64,000 nucleotides of DNA from an uncultured Planctomycetia bacterium (GTDB lineage: Bacteria; Omnitrophota; Gorgyraeia; 2-02-FULL-51-18). The notes below the pieces were generated by a model. The model saw only the letters and a program-made list of their open reading frames with translations. It did not search any database and had not been told where the DNA came from. The position numbers and the translations under genes were made by a program. Every line of letters begins with the position of its first letter. Position 1 is the first letter of the stretch. The stretch covers positions 95,678-159,677 of the forward strand of contig CAZXLF010000002.1 of the NCBI GenBank assembly GCA_964642015.1, written 5' to 3'. Below are positions 53,701 to 55,674 of this stretch, in pieces.

Positions 53701-54086
53701 CTGAGAAGGCGGCGAAAGAAGCGGTGGATGCTATTCATGATTTGGAAGCTACCATGGCTCGCGGAGGCGATATTCGTAAAGCGCTGTTGAATTTGCAAAA
53801 TTCCGTGAATGACCTTCCTCAGCAAGTGGCCAAGATGTCGGGAGGCGATACCAAGCGCATTAAAACAGCGGTCAATGAGATCTCTGAGAGACTTCAGAAG
53901 CTCGCAGGTAATGAGGGATTAGACTTTAGTTCGCTCTTTAAGCGCGCGATCGATGAGTCTTCAACGGTCCAAGATATCCGCAGCCGGTCCGAGACCATCT
54001 CACAATCTCTTGAGCTTCTCGGCGCTGTGGTCCAGAAGCGTCTTGGAGGTACTGACGAGCCGGTCGTCGCCACTTTCCTCGAATAA
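29796..54086 (+). CDS. giant repetitive surface protein, 8,096 aa (signal/TM anchor, ~70 Ig-like beta-sandwich repeats, C-terminal coiled coil)
   Basis: uninterrupted 24,291-nt ORF; N-terminal hydrophobic segment CVFLFSLAFVFQLFLCSDASA; recurring PNGGExWxVGxxxNITWxxxGSIxNVKLEYSTDGG...WTIPD...RVRISD unit; S/T/N/G-rich, Cys-poor. Confidence 0.85.
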   Translation: MSNGSERIIENFKRTAHRQIKPCVFLFSLAFVFQLFLCSDASAVQINKIYRGIVSFDVGDVLQSVNLGANVDPTKTIVLVSSTGRDSVSRTQGEGNYWFAGVLAGTDTVVLKRLRSDMTGSVAWQVIEFNDGVKVQSGETILDVVAGSAGLSRQVDLPTQISDTTKAVPIIQFMSSLGAGQNVAPQPVYQNTDQYMFFPTLFQNGSITELQIDRTRCTTVNRARAADIIWQVIEFQTDARVISGQTMMYVPGSTGGRSASNVRPQTATNDGTAFPANTVCANTGGVCSAFTNSSAFSPTLSNSGQNAMLFFNVLPGVSTVNNSPVGWSSTSSNANMSTNGYSGEDAYLYVRGTITNNTTVTFTRAAAPSTANTNLLIKYWVVDFVEGGSGSSYIGLGQKGNDAGQTTAAPATVSVSSEAAGTSDIIVTCGSNHGFTQYKLTNFSPGTNTTQCEASGSWIVGTQTWTAATFSEDGSGTTISSTNSASVSQGIETALNTTTALDRMMNVGYVAATVAAPSTVNISSSANSGTVNISSSTNTTTYNISASTNSPSFNIASSTNANPIVITTSAAHGYSNGDIVQVMNHQTNTAANGTWTVAGVTATTFQLTGSNGNGVGGATGTVQRCIKITTTATNTYATGDLITVSGHTINTNANGTWPITVIDGTHFYLQGALGNGTGGTTGTVANAIKITTSGAHGLSTGYEAYISGHTTNTNANGTWTVNVPTGSTTTFNLVGSTGNGTGGATGTVGRIVTVTTAASHNLAVGNEVYITGHTLDTNANGTWTVLTAPTATTFTIAAAANAAGGATGTIALYNEAALSTTYTYVDDLSFINYAYTRTNPYLITLRDSNSRGIAASIDYLTYEFPAVTLKVPNGGETWAVADSNFTTNNKITWKTSVNNSAHNWKLQYSTNGGTSWTDMGSWCGGAGTSACSSSSHDLGTQGTAGITWRVPDALNDAGPPANLIGSNLKLRIVDTEDALYNGGTEGAPNYPELRIKDASNSAFKVYGTITNVVTNPDATGSNYWGYNASSRQVRWNQTGNVGTVRINIDYNKDGVFDSNDNGTFGGVALTGYPAQSGITVGAGNLVSGNTYYVNWNNAWDYSTTGLKVQIAADTDSSGTGNEHGESAAFEIRPTITLTAPASSSSVNRGKSTNITWTSSGQIGNCDIYLSYNNGADGYPTKLNGSAVNGDGGTWAWNVSSTETLTSGAKLCIVRQGSTPASFTVGDTGPHGGTGAFSILSSVALTNPVAAQNPPWVVNADQTIAWTTSGGSGVTNVDLLYRTDCAGSPNCGGTTSGWTAVPSATNITNNGSFTWFSLPASLQGTSTGIRVQDHNNATTIYDQVGPFTTKPSVSFDNVTDTPNSSTVWRVGDNQTITWHKNGTTGNLTVVWGTNGPGGPWPNTIATGVTGTSTPWNNIPAGAISNNVSIRVYDPGDSTYVTGASQAFSVKANITNVVLRKGTLGTDPISASFQIDDPMRIEWSVSPSNLSDTVDIKLDTNSGKGADGIAGNADDFQTYTIASVPASQGYALWNPISNNSAYVSSKARIRVVSQVDSAVKADSGGGSSDFAINGVLYITDPVGSPWKIGQVQNINFTAKGVPNVDIIYALNGITFNDIATQTKTVVTGYASASGVYQWTIPNDALDIASSSIFNDTKTTIKFRVKDPNNSNVYATTTTALTLRKQYQNIAVPASVLHVDDNSAQLSNITWTTKGNTDTSHPVKLYYDLTSGSGGYANTIPVSGNNITDVGGYVWQVPASAISNNVRIKVASATDTGTVYDTMTSDFTIRGWFAFTTPPASPADILRIGGNYTIQWTNHGVFPDAGNPNHRNVSLLYSKDGTNYTNIVTDGATFYTNGSQSYTWSNIPYAARGATSLKVQYDADSSNTYLVSPAIKTKPSVSVTSPSGGTYHIGDAVPIQFTHTGATDGSDVYRARYSIDGGTTWTTIGTIAANSANMTYSPAFTVPNVANIVAGSGKFKIRVELVGDETDVTSDSSGNQILGSLGPMTPTASGITWTAADTTRQITWTPQGITTVKIEYATDGVTFNNVIASSATGNSYTWPSIPGSAVSDNVKIRITAQDTNDSVTSITSGNSLTIVPQLVLVAPNGPSTRTVGAAMPITWTSSGAGNIKLEYTTNANAGSPTWTTLTNYSNFDSTPQSDNSATVPDAISSHVKFRLSNVTANPNLQVYSTSNTEFAIQGGLTLNNIAGPFTLGDTVNVTWTPNGSMGNITVEYYNGSSWSTMTTTAPQAGPYALVLDTVNSINTATNLAKVRISATNGLAPATTSSAFTVKPYLTVTSPAGNEAWVVDSSQNIGWTIKGSNISQVSIYYSKDSGTTYNNLIIDPLNINFGGGNNMTYSWTIPDDIQATKNMKVKVSTLPLSDPWATSAVSNGLFQIVGQLAMKIPDNTTPIQWRVGSNGNIIKWTNVHGSVANVELDYSTAGDGGPWTAITTSTTSGGPGDHTFSWDIANNFSIVKNNFRIRVLDAANNNVSNASTATSSTLANFTITHPTSGDVWVAETTNTIQWSTPSAGVPSNVKIEYCLSSCGTPGNWNPIPENDGTPNDGIVTNSGSVNWTLGTTRTNSAQIRISDPNDSSSIITGTAFKIRGDFTVTSPTTGLESWDINSTHAITWTKKGNVSTVKLQYSNNGDAGPFNALVDGNSADTQNIDVSGVGPTYTFNWKIPDIAGQTSVHAKIRVVDTSDSTVYATSGNEFTIKGHVNLSQPNGGQTLTVGSTYNITGTVDGVGITNVRMYYSTDGATFPMGINETSGGLVVPVSSGTFSQAWSIPDHIGTNTLVRVEDSTNSTVNAISASTFSIKGGATITAPTGTSVWVAGTQQNIVWDRNGTIGNVDLYYQVNGGAWTAIATGISSPNPTGNTFPWTIPSNNIVSNNVKIKIDGTNLATPAISSAFTVKGSIAITYPDATGIVKSLGDSLTVTWNVQGDIGNVQVEYYNGSAWSTITTTATQAGPYTFTLDSPNTTTVTNLAKVRISQASDSTVTSTSTNAFMVKPFIQVTSPAGGEAWVVDDTTRTITWNYKGTNISNVKIDYDTQSGNGGYPNSITTSTNNNGSFTWPSIPDDIQATKDMKVRISTLPGSDPWVVSAVSNGLFQIVGQLAMKVPDNTTPVQWRIGSTGNVVKWTNVHGSITNVFLEYSTDGGTNWNTLKDSTPSGIPGDHTYSWDIPNNFPIVKNNLRIRVSDAANNNVSNASTATSSTLANFTITHPTSGDVWVAETTNTIQWSTPSAGVPSNVKIEYCLSSCGTPGNWNPIPENDGTPNDGIVTNSGSVNWTLGTTRTNSAQIRISDPNDSSSVLTGTAFKIRGDFTVTAPTSGAESWEVNTLNNITWTKKGNVSSVKLQYSTDSGTNYSALVDGDGKDTQNIDVTGTGPYTFSWRIPDVVGITSQHARIRVVDASDSTVYASSINDFTVRGHVTLLTPDASGVVLTVGSTYAVTGTEYGNIANVRLYYSTNGGATYPNGLNEVSGGQLTATSGGAFSQNWSVPDHIGNNLKVRVEDASNSLVFAESTNAFSIKGGVTITAPLNTSVWIAGDPQNITWDRNGTIGNVDLYYQVNNGVWNTIATSVSSPSPTGNTFSWTLPNTGIVSNNVKVKIDGSDLIAPAISSAFTVKGKLTLTYPTASGISLSLGDPITVTWNTQGDIGNVKVEYYDGSAWTTVTTSAPQNGPYQFTLNSPVTTVATTGAQVRISAASDSTVNSTSANAFTVKPFVQITSPAGNEAWVVATHHNITWNYIGSNVANVKIEYSKDSGANYNDTITPTTTNNGTFDWTIPDDIQAVKDMRIKISTLPVTDPYAISAVSGGLFQIVGALQMVVPSNATGIAWRVGSTSNLITWNATGSIANVKIDYSTDTGNTWSQLVATTPSGAGNNKTYSWDVPNNTPIIKDNFRIRVSDAANTNVYDMATSNSSILANFTISHPGVGEVWIAENTYAIQWSTPVPGVPANVKIEYNVGSGWTLLSENDGTPNDGIVTNSGSVNWTLPTNRTLSAQVRISDPNDSNSVVTGNAFKIRGDLTVTAPNTGQESWEVATLNNITWTKKGNIAAVKLQISSDGGSNYAALVDGDGKDTQNIDVTGVGPTYTFNWKVPDVPGITSTQTRIRALDASDSTVYDDSNNNFTIKGRVQLSLPNGGEVLTVGTPYTVSGSVFGPITSVRLFYSINGGSTYDYGLNEVSGGQLVNVNAGTFSQNWNVPDHIGSNLKVRVEDATNSLVSDESDAPFSIKGGVTITAPTSNSVWIAGDPQNIVWDRNGTIGNVDLYYSVNGGAWISIATSVASPSSTGNTFAWTLPNTGIVSNNVQVKIDGATLVSPAVSPAFTVKGKLILTYPTASGISLNLGDPLNVTWNTQGDIGNVKVEYNDGSGWATITTTAPQGGPYQFTLDAPNTTVATTGALVRISAASDSTVNSTSANAFTVKPLIQVTSPAGNEAWVVGTHHNITWNHIGSNVANVKIEYSKDSGATYNDTVNPSVTNNGTFDWTIPDDIQAVKDMRIKISTLPVTDPYAISAVSGGLFQIVGALQMVVPSNSTGIAWRVGSTGNLITWNATGSIANVKIDYSTDTGSTWSQLVATTPSGAGANKTYSWNVPNNTPIIKDNFRIRVSDAANTNVYDTATSNSSILASFTIAHPVIGEVWAAETANNIVWSTPVAGTPTSVKLEYDLGSGYQTINATAPNSGSYTWTLPTGLSTAAHVRISDSNDSSSAIVSDPFKIRGSLTITAPTGGEAWTYNTHHNITWTKLGSISTVKLEYTTDGVTYTSIATGVDPATGTPYDWTVPDVMSSTVKVKVTDSSDATVYSQSNNFTIQGTLILTSPNGSEVWTVGSVHNITWNRTGSIQYVKLDYSTNGGGTYPNSITASTDATVPYAWTIPDQIGTQLRVKVTDANNANVSDTSDNNFKVNGALTITAPNGNEILSVGSPTNITWTRTGSIANVKLEYSTDGGSTFPNVIAGVTDASALTYAWTVPDALGIQTRVRITDTTDSTVTDMSDGNFTIKGALTLTAPNGGEVWKVGQVQDIVWQRFGSIQNVVLEYSTNGGSSYPNVINPSVSASSGVYHWTIPDSITIQAKVRVSDLSDSTVKAESAANFAIKGTLRVITPNGGEAWGVGTNQNITWARTGSIANVRIEYSTDGGATYPVTIIDPTDASTGTYSWTIPDNLSITCRVKITNTSDATVFDATDANFKIIGALHLTSPVGGEGWKVGTPQNITWTRTGSIASVKLEYSKDGGSTFPNQITPSTPAGGLSYNWTIPDDLGTNVKVRISDASDATVNDVSTNPFKIQAIFTLTSPTGGEVWDVSSSHNITWTKVGSAPSVKLEYSTDSGANFNKSINPSVGNTGTYGWTIPDDISASVRVRISDVNDYSAFDATASDLKIRGVLHLTSPVGGENWDVASVHNITWTRTGSVSFVKLEYSTDGGSNYSNLITASVAGSNLSYSWTLPDAISTQIRVKITDTSDPTVTDASGSNFIIKGALTVTAPNGGESWIVATGQNITWTRFGSIPFVKIEYSVDGGGTYPNVITPSTDASVLSYTWTVPDNITTQARVKITDTSNAAVFDTSNANFAIRGAFTLTSPNGGELWIVGSSHNITWTRTGSILNAKLEYSTDGGVTFPNLIIGVQDASTGTYPWTVPDAIGSQLQVKITDTSNNTVFDTSNANFTVKGSLTITAPNGGETWIVGQTNNITWNRSGTINSVKLEYSTDGGSTYPNLINGNANGLTGSYPWPVPDAIGTSVRVRVSDASDPSVNDNSDGNFTVKGSITVTSPNGGEAWVVNSTHSITWTKTGTMANVKIEYSIDGGVTYPNTIATTVNAASLSYSWFIPDDIQSSVRVKITNLSDSSVFDASDTNFKITGSLTLTAPNGGENWKVGTNQNITWTKVGSIGFVKLEYSNNGGNTFPNTIVGSTPAAALSYTWNIPDDLTAQALVKISDASDSTVFDKSDANFGIIASFTITAPNGGEVWTVGTSQNITWNKVGSASSVKLEYSTDNFATSTTITPGTGNTGTFGWTIPDAISANAKVRISDATNPNAFDLSDNNFKIRGSLTVTAPNGNESWGVGTTQAITWTKVGSIANVKLEYSTDQGTTYPNLINGTVTASDLSYNWTIPDDISANARVKITDASDSTVYDESNNNFRIRGSFTLTAPNGGEVWDVGTAHNITWTKVGSIANAMLEYSTDGGGTYPNVIVGQIDASSLSFGWTIPDAISTLVRVRISDASDSVVNDVSNANFKIRGVLTLTSPIGGEVWTVTSSHNVTWTKAGSISNARLDYSTDSGATYPNVITTSVSAGALSYPWTIPDSISSTVRVKITNLSDATVNSSSPADFKITGSLNITSPVGGEVWSVGSTQPVSWTRVGSIANVKIDYSTDSGVTYNKSIVATTPAAALSYTWTIPDDLSLTVRVKVSDANDSSVFSTSPANFKIRGSFTITAPNGTEAWVIGSTHTVTWTMNGSIASAKLEYSKNAGADSYPYLIVGSVQASNLSYSWTIPDDATTQARVRISNVADSTVFDTSDANFTIRAGFTVTSPVGGESWAVGDTQNITWITGGTIANVKLEYSSNGGNSYTTIISTTPNNQLYAWVVADAITTQARVRVSDVNDPLAADISPANFKIHGTFTLTAPNGGEQWSVGSTQAITWTKTGSIAAAKLEYSTDGGATYPNLIIGSTQAGPLSYNWTIPDVIGNNLKVKITDASDSSVYDVSNNVFKVKGQFTITSPNGSENWIVSSSHNITWGTLGTVANVKLEFSTDGGATYNSIINTTQNTGTYAWAIPDAITTQARVRISDVNDSTAYDVSDNNFKIRGDLLLTAPNGGEKWNVGTSRLITWNRTGSIPNVKLEYSSNNGTVYVPITTTGNTGAYSWTIPDAITTQALVRISDANDNTVVDTSNAVFKIMGNFTVTSPNGGEVWTVTSSQNITWTSSGTMSFAKIEYSTDGGSTYNLINGSTSNNGLYAWTVPDAVSGTALIRVSDPNDPDATDTSNANFRIRVQFSLTAPNGGQKWTVGRSSNITWATVGTIPNVKLQYSRDGFLADINTINAAAPSTGTYSWLVPDAISSTVRVRVSDPNDIGAYDDSNADFKIMGGFVVTSPNGGEKWDVGSTHTITWTHTGSVSDAKVEYSTDGGATYPNVIAATPNTDSYDWLVPDTISAAFKVRISDLTDPDAFDTTDANAKIRAKFTLTSPNGGEIWKVSEANNITWTTVGTVANVKLDYSTDSGVTFPNIITSGISNTGTYSWTVPDAISTNVRVRVMSVTDTDAFDASDADFKIRGKFQITSPNGGELWKIAQNNNITWVTTGTMNNVKISYSTDSGATFPNVITPTVVNSNSYTWNVPDNPTINARVRVEYVNDSAVYDDSDASFRIQGFFSITSPVGGEAWIVGTQNNITWTWGGTIPTVKISYSKDSGATYPNVIAAAAQNGNGSAGSFSYAWTVPDDISTTIRVKVEDPNDNTVYSASPADFKIRGAFVVTAPNGGERWVTNESRDITWTTSGTVPNVKLEYSNDNFATTNVITPTTPNTGTYTWTIPDPGIANVPIGTKVRVSDVNDATVYDNSDASFNIDYYNITWEVRDLLTNQPLADLVVLEVKATDINFVQWSEAGITTSPPRVQKTPYGTWVATWKKSGYGDQAVTVVADQDRSFTTANGNPVLMETTTVHIWEALSQVSYNPTTDTADVLCSLSRDGSVVTGAVTVIYDVYDGTTLVTELTSSSVDSVGFFHLTIGSGLLQAGKTYGTITKISNAAGGIFKTPSSFEITTPEKLQQMQDKINATLDKPLSQVSSELQATLNAQTTTINTKLDQQTTTINTKLDEQTTKIQTALDNFQTQVHTAVEELQSGADQSLAAAKTLEDTALKFSWKAVVAPNPALSGDTILLQTQGPKGLFPYLSVYNHKNKQVIANGLMVEDPTRPGNYSFEFKADSGSFEAGQAYTYVVTENVTGGLVAGSGFVESISLTAVAGLASSAPAAEKAAKEAVDAIHDLEATMARGGDIRKALLNLQNSVNDLPQQVAKMSGGDTKRIKTAVNEISERLQKLAGNEGLDFSSLFKRAIDESSTVQDIRSRSETISQSLELLGAVVQKRLGGTDEPVVATFLE
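31485..32235 (+). repeat. 4 tandem ~187-nt (62-aa) coding repeats with HTxNTNANGTW core, inside giant gene
   Basis: IVITTSAAHGYSNGD...ANGTWTV / IKITTTATNTYATGD...ANGTWPI / IKITTSGAHGLSTGY...ANGTWTV / IVTVTTAASHNLAVGN...ANGTWTV. Confidence 0.8.
37251..37586 (+). repeat. 336-nt segment >99% identical to 39399-39734 (copy A)
   Basis: single mismatch across 336 nt; antisense ORFs 37319..37540 and 39467..39688 in track give identical 73-aa translations. Confidence 0.9.
39399..39734 (+). repeat. 336-nt segment >99% identical to 37251-37586 (copy B), offset exactly 2148 nt
   Basis: as above. Confidence 0.9.
43978..52495 (+). repeat. 30 consecutive tandem ~273-285-nt (91-95 aa) Ig-like coding units inside giant gene
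   Basis: each unit: [LF]T[LIV]T[AS]PNGGExWxVG(T/S)xxNITWT(R/K)xGSI.xVKLEYSTDGG.TYPN.I....DAS.L.Y.WT[IV]PD.I....RV[RK]I[ST]D.SD..V.D.S..NF.I.G; counted unit by unit from the translation. Confidence 0.85.
53171..53258 (+). repeat. three ~33-nt direct repeats encoding QTTTINTKLDQ / QTTTINTKLDE / QTTKIQTALDN in predicted coiled coil of giant protein C-terminus
   Basis: direct nucleotide repeat cagacgac(g/a)ac(g/t)attaa(c/t)ac(t/c)aaa(t/c)t(g/t)gat. Confidence 0.7.
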
Positions 54087-54126
54087 TAGAGTTTAATAAC
54101 GCTAAAAGATATACTATAATGACATC

Positions 54127-54975
54127 ATGTTGATAAGCTCCAAGAACGCTTCTGGTGTCTATCAAAAGATAGCGAAAATCGCTTTGATTTCGCTATTTTT
54201 TTCTTGTTTGTTCACCCATCTTTCATGGGCCGCCGGTACGGTTAAAATGCGTATCATGCTGGTGAATCCATCCACATCAAAAACCCAGACCAAATCAGTC
54301 AAAAATTACCTTCCAAAAGAAATTACTCAAAAGAATATCTTGGATGCCGGAGGCCTCGAGGTTGATTATGACCAAGAGCAAGGACTTTTTTATGTATTCA
54401 AGAATGAGGTAGAGCTTGCCCCGTCGGAGACTAAAACTTTTGAAATAGTGCTCGAGGATGTTTGGGCCATTCCCAAAGAAAAGTTGGATGAATACCGCAA
54501 TCGTACAAATGCCGTACTCGAGCGTTTAAAAAATACGGCTTATTTTAATCAGGCCGATCTGATCGGTAAGACGATCATTGGACGGCTCGACGACATTGAT
54601 AGAACCCAGAATGATCTGTCGGTCAGCAAACAACAAAAAATAGCTTATTACCGGGATAATCTCAAACTGCTAGACCAAGTGAAAGATGATCTTGAAAAAC
54701 TTGAAAAGCTCCTTGTGGCCGTGGGCGGTCCTCCGAACCTTGAATTGATCGAAAAATCAGATATTAACCTCAAGTCGCCTTCATCCAAGACAACATGGAT
54801 CGTGATCTTTATCGTTTTGATCTTCATAGGCATACTCTCGGCAACTTTCTATTTTACGTGGATGCGTCAAGCGAGTTTAACGGAAAACATTTTTACGAAA
54901 GAAAAAGAAAATTCATTCGCTGAATTTAAGCCTACACCTCCGGAAGGAGGCGGTGAAGCGGAGAAAAAGACTTAA
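54127..54975 (+). CDS. hypothetical bitopic protein (N-terminal signal/anchor, soluble coiled-coil-containing domain, C-terminal TM)
   Basis: N-terminal IAKIALISLFFSCLFTHLSWA and C-terminal TTWIVIFIVLIFIGILSATFYF hydrophobic segments; begins 41 nt after giant gene stop. Confidence 0.5.
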   Translation: MLISSKNASGVYQKIAKIALISLFFSCLFTHLSWAAGTVKMRIMLVNPSTSKTQTKSVKNYLPKEITQKNILDAGGLEVDYDQEQGLFYVFKNEVELAPSETKTFEIVLEDVWAIPKEKLDEYRNRTNAVLERLKNTAYFNQADLIGKTIIGRLDDIDRTQNDLSVSKQQKIAYYRDNLKLLDQVKDDLEKLEKLLVAVGGPPNLELIEKSDINLKSPSSKTTWIVIFIVLIFIGILSATFYFTWMRQASLTENIFTKEKENSFAEFKPTPPEGGGEAEKKT

Positions 54976-54991
54976 GCCGTAAGTTTATTTC

Positions 54992-55240
54992 ATGGATAAA
55001 CAACAACGCCTCGAACTGTTAGTTCTTAGCCCTGAGCGCCTGATTTATGAAGGGCAGGCGAGCAGTATTGTTTTGCCAGGCGAGAACGGCGTTTTTGAGA
55101 TATTGCCATTCCATAAAAGGCTTCTGTCGCGGCTTCTTGCGGGGCTCGTGATCATTGATAGAAAAGTCATGAGGATCAAACGCGGTGTTGTAAAGGTGGG
55201 ATTGAATCGCGTGACCCTCATCGTCGAGGAAGCCACATGA
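54992..55240 (+). CDS. atpC: F-type ATPase epsilon subunit, N-terminal beta-sandwich domain only (no C-terminal helical hairpin)
   Basis: 82 aa; LELLVLSPERLIYEGQASSIVLPGENGVFEILPFHKRLLSRLLAGLVII matches epsilon N-domain pattern (L.v.ivtPe...eg.v..v..pg..GefgiLp.H.pl...L..G.v). Confidence 0.6.
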   Translation: MDKQQRLELLVLSPERLIYEGQASSIVLPGENGVFEILPFHKRLLSRLLAGLVIIDRKVMRIKRGVVKVGLNRVTLIVEEAT

Positions 55241-55319
55241 ACCCAGCACTTGACATTAAAATTTTCAATGAACTTATCAAGGGTTGGGCGAATCCGGATT
55301 TGGGAGGACTTTTAACGGG

Positions 55320-55544
55320 ATGAACCGCGATGTATCCATCATTTTGATCTTTTTTTTCTGCATTTTAGGTCCGTGCGCGGTTATTGCGTCATCCGGTTTT
55401 GCCAGCATCAACGCTTTGGGCAGGAATCCTTCTTCCGCGCCCAAAATATTTACAGCGATGATCATCATGCTGATTTTTGCTTCAGCCATATCTATTGTGG
55501 CGCTACTTGTGCTTTTTCAGCTTTATGCGCCCCCAACTCGATAA
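55320..55544 (+). CDS. F-type ATPase c-subunit-like hairpin protein lacking the conserved ion-binding carboxylate
   Basis: 74 aa from ATG 55320 (GGGAGG upstream); helix1-loop-helix2 aligns with c subunits (ILGPCAVIASSGFASINALGRNP | SSAPKIFTAMIIMLIFASAISIVALLVLFQLYAPP vs ...ARQPE...TxMv.G.A.aEs.gIy.L..a..lLya.P); position of essential Glu/Asp is Ser; GxGxGxG packing motif also absent. Confidence 0.5.
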   Translation: MNRDVSIILIFFFCILGPCAVIASSGFASINALGRNPSSAPKIFTAMIIMLIFASAISIVALLVLFQLYAPPTR

Positions 55545-55600
55545 CCCCAGTTCAATAAAGAAACAGCATATATGCGGCACTTGGAATTTATATAAAAATG

Positions 55601-55629
55601 TTGAAAATATAGTTAATTTATTGTAATAT
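55601..55629 (+). promoter_or_regulatory. candidate promoter TTGAAA - 17 nt - TAATAT in AT-rich 130-nt gap
   Basis: read at 55601-55606 / 55624-55629 upstream of b/delta-alpha-gamma-beta genes. Confidence 0.3.
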
Positions 55630-55674
55630 TTGATTAAAATAATGAGTTTTTATATACCATAGAATAGGTAATTC

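Noticed and set aside
54127-54975. Candidate for the missing ATP synthase a-subunit
   Set aside because: It has only two hydrophobic segments, one at each end, around a ~200-aa soluble coiled-coil domain. An a-subunit has 5-6 TM helices with a conserved Arg in the penultimate helix.
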